Below, piece after piece: positions 55,659 through 64,000 of a DNA stretch of 64,000 nucleotides (position 1 is the stretch's first letter; every line of letters starts with the position of its first letter). A program made the position numbers and the translations under genes. The stretch spans positions 26,182-90,181 of the forward strand of contig JABDBE010000001.1 of the NCBI GenBank assembly GCA_013288805.1, written 5' to 3'. This DNA is from Acidobacteriota bacterium (GTDB lineage: Bacteria; Acidobacteriota; Terriglobia; Terriglobales; Acidobacteriaceae). A model generated the notes under the pieces. That model had not been told where the DNA came from. It made no database searches and saw only the letters and a program-made list of their open reading frames with translations.

Positions 55659-56426
55659 TTAGTGGACTTGCGCTACACGACTCACGGCATTCTTCAACGC
55701 TTCGGCATCGAACCCGAAGGGTCCTGGTTTGCTTTTGTACGCCACGTGGCCGGTCGCATCGATCAAGTAAAGGCGGTCTGGCCAAGCCGTGTACGCCTGT
55801 TCCGTCGAGTTGCCGAATTCATCGAGTACGGCAGGAATATCGATCCCGAGCTTGCGGACGCAGGCACCCGCGGCGAAACTACGTTCTTCTTCGCTCCTCG
55901 GACTGGCGAAGACAACATTGTCCTTAATATTGCTCTGCATCTGCCAGACGTCGCTGGGGTGCGCCTCGGTAATGTACACCACCAGAAACGCGACTTGCTT
56001 TCCGTATTGCTGGTAGAGCTTGTTGAGGGCAGGAACCTCCCGCCGAAATGGAGGTCAAGTGTAGCTTCCGAAGATCAACACCACCGGTTGTCGTTGAGCG
56101 GTAAACGCCGACAACTGCACCTGTGCGCTTTTGTCCAGCTTCGTCAGAGTAAAGTCGGGCGCAGGATCTCCCACACGCAGTTTGCCGGCACGAGCACGCA
56201 TCCACAAGGTTTCAAATGGAAGCACGAGAAACGCAACCGGACCCGGTATTCGCGCCATGACCCGCGCAAAGGTCTCTGGCGATTGCCGCATGACTGCGTA
56301 GAGCGACCCGCAGGCGAACACCCACAAGAGTGCGATCACACCCAATGTTGCGAGCAATCTTCTGCGCACAGATCTGCGCTTTGCGGTCAAGTGTTCCTCG
56401 TCCATCTGAAGTTGATCTGAGCCCAC
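55659..56426 (-). CDS. membrane-anchored iodothyronine-deiodinase-like thioredoxin-fold selenoprotein (in-frame TGA = Sec at 56055-56057)
   Basis: Track ORFs 56055..56426 and 55659..55982 share one frame, separated only by TGA. The junction reads FGSYT-U-PPFRREVP...VYITEAHPSDVW. An N-terminal TM helix is present. The start is GTG 56426 or ATG 56405. Confidence 0.8.
56028..56044 (-). other. SECIS-like hairpin GGCGGG-AGGUU-CCUGCC beginning 11 nt after the UGA
   Basis: 6-bp stem (one G-U) with a GGU-containing pentaloop. A competing hairpin GACCUCC...GGAGGUU is also possible. Confidence 0.55.
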
Positions 56427-56438
56427 GAGAGTTACGTG

Positions 56439-56466
56439 ATTATAGAGACAGCAAAGGGCTGGTCAA
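56439..56466 (-). promoter_or_regulatory. sigma70-type promoter TTGACC-16 nt-TATAAT for the selenoprotein gene
   Basis: The -35 box is at 56466-56461 and the -10 box at 56444-56439 (minus strand). The predicted TSS lies a few nt upstream of GTG 56426. Confidence 0.5.
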
Positions 56467-56519
56467 TAATGTGAAAGTAGTAGAAGTGCGACGATCACTG
56501 GTCTTCCGAGGCCGCATCG

Positions 56520-57899
56520 TTGGAACTTGCCCCGCCCGCGTTATATCCTCGGAGCGTGCTTCGCCCGCTTGCGTCTGGCCGCTCTCCAACCCCGGGTTTG
56601 TTCCTGGGGCTCATCATTACTCTCGCTGCGGTAGTGGCGTATTCGTGGTACATCACGGTGCAAATTTCGGGGCTTCGCGAACTGCAAAACGGCCTTGCTG
56701 GCCGGAATCGCAAAGACTCGCTTCAACTCCTGCGCATCCAGAATGATTTGAATTCACTCGCGCTCGCCATGCGCGACATGCTCGACAACGACGAACCGTA
56801 TCCGCTCACCGCGTGGTCGGCGCAGTTCGAGCGCATCCGCGCGGACTTGGACGACGCGCTCAAGCTCGAAGAGCAAGTCGCAGTGGCCGAGCGTACTCCC
56901 GAGCAAAGAGAATTCTTGAGCAATTCGATAGCGCAATTCTGGGATGCCGTCGATCGTACGTTCGCTCTTGCTCGTGACCGCGAGCAAAACGACGCGCGCA
57001 CGCAGATTCGCGTTTCGTTACAAGCGCGTCAGGCGGCCCTGAGCACGGCGGTCGCGCGGTTGCTGGTGCAGAACAACGAAAGCGAAGAGCAGGTCGCGCT
57101 GCGCATCGGGCGAATCTACGATCGTGTACAGAAGCAGGTCTACATATTTTTTACGGCGATCCTGATCGCGATTCTGCTCACCAGCTTGTACCTCATCCAA
57201 TCCAATCGCCGGCTTTTCGCCCAGCTTGCCGCGCTCTCCGAGCAACGCAGCGAACTGGCTCAGAAGCTGATTTCAACGCAAGAGTCGACGTTACTGCACA
57301 TATCGCGCGAGCTTCACGACGAGTTCGGACAGATCCTGACCGCGATTGGATCCATGCTGAGCCGCGCCCGAAATCACGTGCCGGAAGACTCGCCACTGCG
57401 CGCCGAGTTGCGAGAAGTTTCGGAAATCGCGCAGTCTACGCTCGACAAGGTCCGCAGTCTTTCGCAGGCGCTTCATCCCGTTATGCTGGATGAAGCAGGA
57501 CTTGAGAGTACGATTGACTGGTACATCCCGACGGTGGAAAGACAAACTGGAATTGAAATATCCTACGTGAAATCGGGAACGCCGTTTCCAGTGAACGGCA
57601 GCGTGGGCGTCCATATTTATCGCATCCTGCAGGAGGCTTTGAACAACCTCGCGCGCCATTCTGGAAGCCGGCAAGCGTGGGTTCGGCTTCGTTTCATGCC
57701 GGAGAGTTTGGAGCTTGAGGTTGAAGATCACGGCACTGGATTTGTGGAAGGCACCGCAAGGTCAGGCATTGGACTGGTCGCGATGCGCGAGCGCGCGGAA
57801 TTGTTGGGCGGGATCATCGAATTTCTCAAGCCGGCAGAAGGAGGAACCTTGGTTCGTTTGAGAGTCCCAATCGAAAAAACGGAGCCGCATGTCCAATAA
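56520..57899 (+). CDS. sensor histidine kinase (HisKA_3 / NarX-DesK type)
   Basis: ISRELHDEFGQILTAI H-box and an HATPase_c C-terminus (GIGLVAMRERAELLGG). The TTG start is uncertain. Confidence 0.85.
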   Translation: MELAPPALYPRSVLRPLASGRSPTPGLFLGLIITLAAVVAYSWYITVQISGLRELQNGLAGRNRKDSLQLLRIQNDLNSLALAMRDMLDNDEPYPLTAWSAQFERIRADLDDALKLEEQVAVAERTPEQREFLSNSIAQFWDAVDRTFALARDREQNDARTQIRVSLQARQAALSTAVARLLVQNNESEEQVALRIGRIYDRVQKQVYIFFTAILIAILLTSLYLIQSNRRLFAQLAALSEQRSELAQKLISTQESTLLHISRELHDEFGQILTAIGSMLSRARNHVPEDSPLRAELREVSEIAQSTLDKVRSLSQALHPVMLDEAGLESTIDWYIPTVERQTGIEISYVKSGTPFPVNGSVGVHIYRILQEALNNLARHSGSRQAWVRLRFMPESLELEVEDHGTGFVEGTARSGIGLVAMRERAELLGGIIEFLKPAEGGTLVRLRVPIEKTEPHVQ

Positions 57900-58518
57900 G
57901 ATTTCCGTGCTGCTAGTCGATGATCACAGCCTGGTGCGCCGCGGCTTCAGGCGCATCCTCGAGGATGCTCGCGATATTACAGTTGTGGGAGAGGCCAGCG
58001 ACGGAGTTGAGGCAGTCAAACTTGCAGAGCAACTACGCCCGCAATTGATCGTGATGGACTGCGCTCTTCCAAACATGAGCGGATTAGACGCCACCCGGCG
58101 CATTCTCGAGAAGTTCCCTGAGACGCACATCTTGATGTTGAGCATGCACTCCGAAGATACCTGGGTGCATCAGGCGCTCGATGCCGGCGCTCACGGGTAC
58201 ATTCTGAAGAGCGCGGTTGACATGGAGTTGGTGACGGCCATCCGCCGAGTCGTTGCGGGAGAAATTGTGCTCGACCCGCAAGTGAGCCGCGCGACCAATT
58301 TGAAGGGCGAAGGAAAATCCGGACTCACGGTACGTGAACTCGAAGTGCTGAAACTGATCGTCGCGGGCAAGTCGAACAAGGAAATTGCGATCGATCTGGA
58401 CCTCAGCGCGAACACGGTCGCCGTTCATCGTGCCAATATCATGGATGCCCTCGGAATCCACAAAACTGCCGAGCTCGTGGTCTACGCTATTCGGAGCGGC
58501 CTGGTGAACATTCGGTGA
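57889..58518 (+). CDS. response regulator, NarL/LuxR family
   Basis: REC domain (VLLVDDH...VMDCALP) plus LuxR HTH (LTVRELEVLKLIVAGKSNKEIA). Overlaps the kinase stop by 11 nt. Confidence 0.92.
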   Translation: MSNKISVLLVDDHSLVRRGFRRILEDARDITVVGEASDGVEAVKLAEQLRPQLIVMDCALPNMSGLDATRRILEKFPETHILMLSMHSEDTWVHQALDAGAHGYILKSAVDMELVTAIRRVVAGEIVLDPQVSRATNLKGEGKSGLTVRELEVLKLIVAGKSNKEIAIDLDLSANTVAVHRANIMDALGIHKTAELVVYAIRSGLVNIR

Positions 58519-60218
58519 ACCGTCGATCTTTCTTGCGCGGGCTCGCAGGTGCTGCATCGGCTTCAGTGCTGCCGCTCGAATTATTCGCCGGCGCGGCGCC
58601 AGAAATATCCAGCCCAGGTTTCAAGCTCGTCGACGTTACCCGCTCAGCTGGCATCCAATTCCAGCACAACAGCGGCGCCTACGGAGGTAAACTTCTCCCG
58701 GAGACGCTCGGCTCAGGCTGCGCCTTTCTCGACTACGACCGCGACGGCTGGCAGGACATTCTCCTTGTTAATGGCATGGACTGGCCAGGCCACAAGCGGC
58801 AAACGTCCACGCTCCAGCTCTACCGCAATAACCGCGACGGCACGTTTACCGATGTAACCCGCAAAGCCGGCCTCGATGTAGAGATGTACGGAATGGGTGT
58901 CGCCGTGGGCGATTACAACAACGACGGCTTCCCCGACATCCTGATCACGTGTGTTGGTCAGAATCGGCTTTTCAAAAATACCGGCAAGGGCACATTCACG
59001 GACGTTACGAACTCCAGCGGCCTCGGCAAGCGCCAAGCCATGAGTACATCCGCGCTATGGTTTGATTTCGATCGCGACGGCCGGCTCGATCTCTTTGTCT
59101 GCAATTACGTGAAGTGGTCGCCGGAGCACGACGTGTTCTGCAGCCTGGATGGAAAACATAAGTCCTACTGCACGCCCGAAGCCTACCGCGGAGAAACCTG
59201 CTGGCTCTTTCACAATCGCGGTGATGGAACTTTCGAGGATGTCACCGCGACCAGCGGCATTTTCGACAGCAGCTCGAAATCGCTCGGCGTCGCCATCCTC
59301 GACTACGACCAGGACGGCTGGCCCGACTTGCTCGTAGCCAACGACACCCAGCCCAACAAACTTTATCGCAACGCGCACAATGGCACGTTTAAAGATGTCG
59401 CCGTTGAAGCGGGAATCGCCTTCAGCGTCGACGGCAAGGCGCGCGCTGGAATGGGTGTCGATGCCGCCGATTTCGACAATTCAGGTACAGCCGGCGTGGC
59501 CATTACGAATTTTGACAACGAAATGATCGGGCTGTATCGCGCCCTCGGCAACGGCACGTACGAAGATATCGCGACCCAGGCCGGCGTCGGACTTCCTTCG
59601 AAAAGTACACTGGGATTCGGTTGCATGTTCCTCGATGCCAACCTCGACGGCATGTTGGATCTACTCGCGGCCAACGGGCACATCGACGACACCGTGCGCA
59701 ACATCCGCGGCAACATCGGGTACGCGCAACCGCCGCAGCTTTTTCTGAACACAGGGAAGAGAACCTTCCGCGATGTGACTTCAGAAGTCGGCGACGCATT
59801 CGGTCAGCCCAAGGTCGGACGCGGTCTCGCCTACGGTGATTTTGATCGTGACGGCGATCTCGACATTCTCATGACCACCAACAACGGACCGGCTTATCTC
59901 TATCGCAACGACCAACTCGCGGGGAACCGTAGCATCCGCTTTCACCTTGTAGGAAAGCAATCCAACCGCGATGCAATCGACGCGACGGTGCGAATTTATT
60001 ACGAGGGCACGACGCAATCCCGTACGGTCAAGAGTGGATCAAGTTACCTGTCACAATCTGAACTTCCCGTCACGTTCGGTCTGGGAAAGCGTGATGAGAT
60101 TGAACGCGTAGTAATTCAGTGGCCCAACGGCAGAACCGAAGAATACAAAAAACTCGCGGCGGGCAGGGTTTACGATTGCGTTGAGAGCGCGGGGATTACT
60201 CCGGGTGCAGGCTTTTGA
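58515..60218 (+). CDS. CRTAC1-family protein (FG-GAP/VCBS repeats plus ASPIC/UnbV domain), Tat signal
   Basis: MNRRSFLRGLAGAAS. Repeated D-x-D-x-DG-x-x-D loops. C-terminal ...SGSSYLSQSELPVTFGLG. The GTG start overlaps the regulator's TGA. Confidence 0.88.
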   Translation: MNRRSFLRGLAGAASASVLPLELFAGAAPEISSPGFKLVDVTRSAGIQFQHNSGAYGGKLLPETLGSGCAFLDYDRDGWQDILLVNGMDWPGHKRQTSTLQLYRNNRDGTFTDVTRKAGLDVEMYGMGVAVGDYNNDGFPDILITCVGQNRLFKNTGKGTFTDVTNSSGLGKRQAMSTSALWFDFDRDGRLDLFVCNYVKWSPEHDVFCSLDGKHKSYCTPEAYRGETCWLFHNRGDGTFEDVTATSGIFDSSSKSLGVAILDYDQDGWPDLLVANDTQPNKLYRNAHNGTFKDVAVEAGIAFSVDGKARAGMGVDAADFDNSGTAGVAITNFDNEMIGLYRALGNGTYEDIATQAGVGLPSKSTLGFGCMFLDANLDGMLDLLAANGHIDDTVRNIRGNIGYAQPPQLFLNTGKRTFRDVTSEVGDAFGQPKVGRGLAYGDFDRDGDLDILMTTNNGPAYLYRNDQLAGNRSIRFHLVGKQSNRDAIDATVRIYYEGTTQSRTVKSGSSYLSQSELPVTFGLGKRDEIERVVIQWPNGRTEEYKKLAAGRVYDCVESAGITPGAGF

Positions 60219-60345
60219 AGCACGAACGCTTCGCGCAACTGTCGGAATGTCCCGGCTGAGATTTGGCTCTCAGCATAATCGGTGGTCTACTGGTTGGTTC
60301 TTCCTTGCACCCGAACTATATAGAATATTAAAACGGAGAAACGCT

Positions 60346-60729
60346 ATGCATCTTCGAAAATCTATCATACGATTGGCGCTCCCACTTGGATTGCTCGCGG
60401 TTGCCCTCGCGGCCGCCGACAACGGACAATCAGGCACAGTCAAAGGCTATGTGATCGACTCCGCCTGCACGTTCACCAAGAACCTCAAGAAGCCTATAAG
60501 CCCACAATGCGCAGTGGCATGCGCGAAAGCGGGTTCGCCGCTGGTAATTCTGTCCGACGACGGGACGATTTATTGGCCGATTGATGACGCGATGCCCTCG
60601 TCCGGTCAGAACGCGAAACTCCTGCCATTCGCAGGCCAGAAGGTCACGGCGACGGGAAAAGTTTTCGAACGAGGCGGCTCGCATGCCGTGGTCATCGACA
60701 AGATTGAACCTCTGTCCAGCTCAAAGTAA
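60346..60729 (+). CDS. hypothetical secreted 127-aa protein with four Cys
   Basis: Signal peptide at Met56 of the track ORF. CTFTK...CAVACAKAG. Confidence 0.7.
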   Translation: MHLRKSIIRLALPLGLLAVALAAADNGQSGTVKGYVIDSACTFTKNLKKPISPQCAVACAKAGSPLVILSDDGTIYWPIDDAMPSSGQNAKLLPFAGQKVTATGKVFERGGSHAVVIDKIEPLSSSK

Positions 60730-60776
60730 GTCGGGCCGGCACAGTCCGCTATAAGTTTCTTTTACGGAGATAATGA

Positions 60777-61913
60777 ATGCTGAGACGCCGCGAAACGATT
60801 ATCGGGATGCTGTTTTGTTTCATCGCAGTGATGTTTGTATCTGGACTGCAAGCTGAGGCGAAATCGAAAATGCAAAAGCAATCATTTGGCAAAACCGAAG
60901 ACGGGCAACAAGTGGATCTTTATATCCTCACCAATAAGAATGGCATGGAAGCCGCGATCACGAACTACGGAGGGACTGTTGTCTCACTGATGGTTCCCGA
61001 CCGAAACGGCAAACGCGACGACGTCGTACTCGGCTACGACACGCTCGACGGCTACGCGACCGGCAAAGCCTACATCGGCGCGACTGTCGGACGTTATGCG
61101 AACCGAATCGCCCACGCCACCTTCACCCTTGACGGCATCACTTACAAGTTGGCCAAGAATGACGGTGACAATCATCTGCATGGCGGTTTCAACAAGCGGG
61201 TGTGGACGGCGAGAGATGTTTCCAGCAACGCTGGCCAGGCGCTCGAACTTACCTACCTGAGCAAAGACGGAGAAGAAGGTTTCCCCGGAAACCTGCCGGT
61301 CAAAGTCGTATACACGCTGACCGATAAGAACGAACTCAAAATCGATTACAGTGCAACCACCGACAAAGACACCGTGCTCAACCTGACCAACCACGCTTAC
61401 TTCAACCTCGCCGGTCAGGGCAACGGAGACATCCTCCAGCAGCAGATCATGATCAAAGCCGATCGATTCACGCCGATCGATGCAGTCTCGATTCCCACCG
61501 GCGAACTGCGAAGTGTCAAAGGAACTCCATTCGACTTCACGACAGCGATGGCGATCGGCGCCCGTATCGATCAGGACGACCAGCAATTAAAAATGGGAAA
61601 TGGTTACGACCACAACTGGGTCCTGAATAACGAAAAGGCTGGATCATTATTTCTCGCGGCGCAAGCTTACGACCCGCATTCCGGCCGCGTGCTCGAAGTA
61701 CTGACGACGCAGCCGGGCATCCAGCTCTACACCGGGAACTTTCTAGACGGAATTCACGGTAAAGATGGCAAGGTCTACAACCGGCGCTACGCATTCTGTC
61801 TCGAAACCCAGCATTTCCCGGATTCGCCCAACCATCCAAATTTTCCGACCGCAGAACTCAAACCCGGACAGCACTTCGAATCAACCACGGTCTACAAATT
61901 TTCGACGAAGTGA
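60777..61913 (+). CDS. galM: aldose 1-epimerase (galactose mutarotase), secreted
   Basis: GRYANRI...NHLHGG...TNHAYFNL...CLETQHFPDSPN. Confidence 0.92.
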   Translation: MLRRRETIIGMLFCFIAVMFVSGLQAEAKSKMQKQSFGKTEDGQQVDLYILTNKNGMEAAITNYGGTVVSLMVPDRNGKRDDVVLGYDTLDGYATGKAYIGATVGRYANRIAHATFTLDGITYKLAKNDGDNHLHGGFNKRVWTARDVSSNAGQALELTYLSKDGEEGFPGNLPVKVVYTLTDKNELKIDYSATTDKDTVLNLTNHAYFNLAGQGNGDILQQQIMIKADRFTPIDAVSIPTGELRSVKGTPFDFTTAMAIGARIDQDDQQLKMGNGYDHNWVLNNEKAGSLFLAAQAYDPHSGRVLEVLTTQPGIQLYTGNFLDGIHGKDGKVYNRRYAFCLETQHFPDSPNHPNFPTAELKPGQHFESTTVYKFSTK

Positions 61914-61968
61914 TTTGTATTTATCGGGTGGACCACCCTTTACCAGGCGCTTGGCGCACCGAGCTTTC

Positions 61969-62139
61969 TTACTTCAGTTTCACGAACAGCAACACGAAGA
62001 TGGCCCACACGCCAACCGTCACGGGAAACTGGGCGGCTTGTGCCTCCTGCAATGTGCCGCCGCGCGGGATGGCAAAAGAGAGGACAAACATTGCCGCAGC
62101 GGTGAGTATTCCGAGAATCAGTTTGGTTTTCGGGGTCAT
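61969..62139 (-). CDS. possible 56-aa two-TM membrane peptide (below the ORF-track length cut-off)
   Basis: MTPKTKLILGILTAAAMFVLSFAIPRGGTLQEAQAAQFPVTVGVWAIFVLLFVKLK. ATG with GAGG about 10 nt upstream. Coordinates verified via plus ORF 61910..62293. Confidence 0.4.
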   Translation of the reverse strand: MTPKTKLILGILTAAAMFVLSFAIPRGGTLQEAQAAQFPVTVGVWAIFVLLFVKLK

Positions 62140-62394
62140 GGTCGTCTTCGCCTCGTCTTTTGGGTTCGCCCCCGTTAAGGTTGCGACAATCCGGTCAGGG
62201 CGGTTGCGGACATTCTACGCTGGAATGCAGAGAACGCAACTTGGAGTTCACTCGTTTTCGAAACCCTACGCGGCAAATCCGAAGCCCGGCTGAAAAATAC
62301 GAGCCTTCGGGATGCCGAGTTAGAACGCTACTTTAGTTTTGGTCGCCCGCCGAGGCGTTGCTTCCCCACTCGCTGAGGAACGCACATAGCGCAC

Positions 62395-62932
62395 AATTCC
62401 ATTGCGGGGGTGGCCCATCCTTCCCCGCGTGCTTTGCGGAGAGGGCGGGCAACGAGATTCCCAATTTGGAACAAGCCCGCAGCGCCGTACGCTTTCTGCT
62501 TGATTTTGGTCGATCACTTCCGATAACATACAGGCGTAAGAGTTATCTCAGAGATAATCGTCGGGATCTTTGACAATTTAATAAAGGGCGCCGTGCCACT
62601 GTGAGCCCAGCTGAACTTGGTGCACGGTGGGCTTGTGCTGTATTTCGAAACCGGACTGCGGACCGCCGAAAACCACGTAACTCCAATGTTTCGAATATTT
62701 TGCCTTCGACCGCCGAGAGGTCCGGCTGTTTGTTTTCAATCTCTTGCGCGGAAACGACGGTTTTCTTTCGACTCGATAGACGACGTAACTCCAATGTTTC
62801 CAAGATTTTACCTCTAACTACCTTTGGAACCATAGATCTAGGAGGAACAAAGAATTCCGATCGTTTGTTTTCTAGATTTTGGGCGGAAAACGAGAGTTTT
62901 TTTGAGGTAAATTGTGCACCAGAATATGTGCA
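62395..62932 (-). repeat. noncoding repeat element, copy B (core 62785-62932, extra partial tandem unit about 62677-62784, conserved blocks down to about 62395)
   Basis: Reverse complement homologous to 24686-25100. Carries an internal duplication of the GGAAACATTGGAGTTAC end. Confidence 0.75.
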
Positions 62933-62971
62933 TAGGAATCGGGATGGAGCGACCCAGATTCGGAAGACCGA

Positions 62972-64000
62972 TTAACTGGTTGCGCTCGCCGACCGCGCTT
63001 CTTTGTCCGGGCCGGCAGTGGCGTGGTGGGAACTCTTTACGGCATACATGCGGCGGTCGGCTTCGGCGAGCAGGTGCTCAGCGTTCGTGCCGTCTGCGGG
63101 ATAGAAAGCCTGGCCGATGCTCACCGAAACCAGGCCCTCGCCGCAAACAGCTTTGCCGACTTCGGCGATGATGGCCTCCAGCCGTTGCGCCATTTCCGCC
63201 GCAGCATCCTGCGTGAGGCCGGGCGCTATGAGAACGAACTCGTCGCCGCCCATGCGCGCCGCATAATCATATTCGCGGCAGCAGTCTTTCAAACCTTTAG
63301 CAAACATCTCCAAAAGTTTGTTGCCCTGAAAGTGGCCGAAGCGGTCGTTCACTTGTTTGAACCCGTCGAGGTCGGAGACGAATACAGCAAGCGGCAGCTT
63401 GGAGCGCTTGCATCGCGCAATCTCACGATCGAGGTGCAGGAAAAGTGACCGCGCGTTGGGAAGCCCGGTCAGATAATCAGTAGTCGCGGAATCTTCGGCT
63501 AAGCGATATTTGAGCGCATTTTCGATGGTAAATCCGAGTTTAGAGCTGATTGCCAGCAGAATTCGCAGGTGATCTTTAGTGAACGCATCCTGGTGCGTGC
63601 GATAAAGCGCCAGCACCGCGACCACGCCCCCAACTCCTTCGAGCGGCACCGCCAGCGCCGATCGGAGCGTGCTGTACTTGGTGGGATCGTTGAGGTATCC
63701 CGGCTCAACCGAGGGATTGCCGTTGAGAATCGGCTTGCTGTTCTGCGCAACCCATCCGGATAAGCCTTCGCCCAGCGGAATTCTTAAAGACGAGAACAAG
63801 CGAAAGTTATCCCCACTCACGTACTCCGGAGTCAGTAGGTTGTCCTGCTTGAGATACACCGCCATCGAGTCGTAGGGGACGAGCCGCTTCAGCCGCACCG
63901 AGAGCATGGATAGCGTGTCGTCTACGCTGAGTGAATTGCCCAGGTCGTGGCTCAACTCGAAAAGCATTTGCGCTTCTTGGCGCGCGGCTGCGATGGAGGC
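62972..64000 (-). CDS. GAF-GGDEF diguanylate cyclase (5' end outside the window)
   Basis: GAF domain, then RMGGDEFVLIAPG. The frame stays open upstream of Met 63967 to the window edge. Confidence 0.88.
   Translation of the reverse strand, partial: ASIAAARQEAQMLFELSHDLGNSLSVDDTLSMLSVRLKRLVPYDSMAVYLKQDNLLTPEYVSGDNFRLFSSLRIPLGEGLSGWVAQNSKPILNGNPSVEPGYLNDPTKYSTLRSALAVPLEGVGGVVAVLALYRTHQDAFTKDHLRILLAISSKLGFTIENALKYRLAEDSATTDYLTGLPNARSLFLHLDREIARCKRSKLPLAVFVSDLDGFKQVNDRFGHFQGNKLLEMFAKGLKDCCREYDYAARMGGDEFVLIAPGLTQDAAAEMAQRLEAIIAEVGKAVCGEGLVSVSIGQAFYPADGTNAEHLLAEADRRMYAVKSSHHATAGPDKEARSASATS

Overview
This is a 64-kb chromosomal segment of about 58% GC. Gene content (a DUF1800/DUF1501 pair, CRTAC1/ASPIC, many secreted peptidases, PD40/TPR proteins) and short heptamer/decamer intergenic repeats suggest an Acidobacteriota (Terriglobia-like) genome; that assignment is inference only. 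I call about 55 protein-coding genes. Housekeeping genes are rsmA, glgA, dinB, uvrC, nuoB, metG, argS, pepA, larC, galM, yajQ, a TatD hydrolase and a polyprenyl synthase. There are also transporters (APC permease, SSS symporter, MscS), secreted M48/M28/M13/M17 peptidases, a prepilin peptidase, and a dense set of signalling genes (PAS-PP2C, GAF-HD-GYP, CYTH, GGDEF, a NarL-type two-component pair). I saw no rRNA, tRNA, CRISPR array, transposase or phage genes.

Main observations:
1. A deiodinase-like thioredoxin-fold gene (55659-56426, minus strand) carries an in-frame TGA inside a G-S-Y-T-U-P-P-F active site, followed by a SECIS-like hairpin. It is very likely a selenoprotein that the ORF track splits into two ORFs.
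2. A DedA-rhodanese fusion (39759-40730, minus strand) has an in-frame TGA at the catalytic-loop position. The TGA is followed by a GC-rich hairpin, 52 more in-frame rhodanese-like codons and a clean TAG. This is a second selenoprotein candidate; the alternative is a nonsense mutation.
3. A noncoding element of about 400-540 bp with a 148-bp core at roughly 89% identity occurs twice in inverted orientation (about 24686-25100 and 62395-62932). It carries conserved hairpins.
4. A small decaying region (24.6-27.3 kb) contains repeats, a VOC-gene remnant and an 18-nt-repeat His/Asp-rich gene. A DUF4188 gene elsewhere is frameshifted.

CDS coordinates are anchored on the ORF track. Coordinates of noncoding features were counted by hand and may be off by 1-2 nt.
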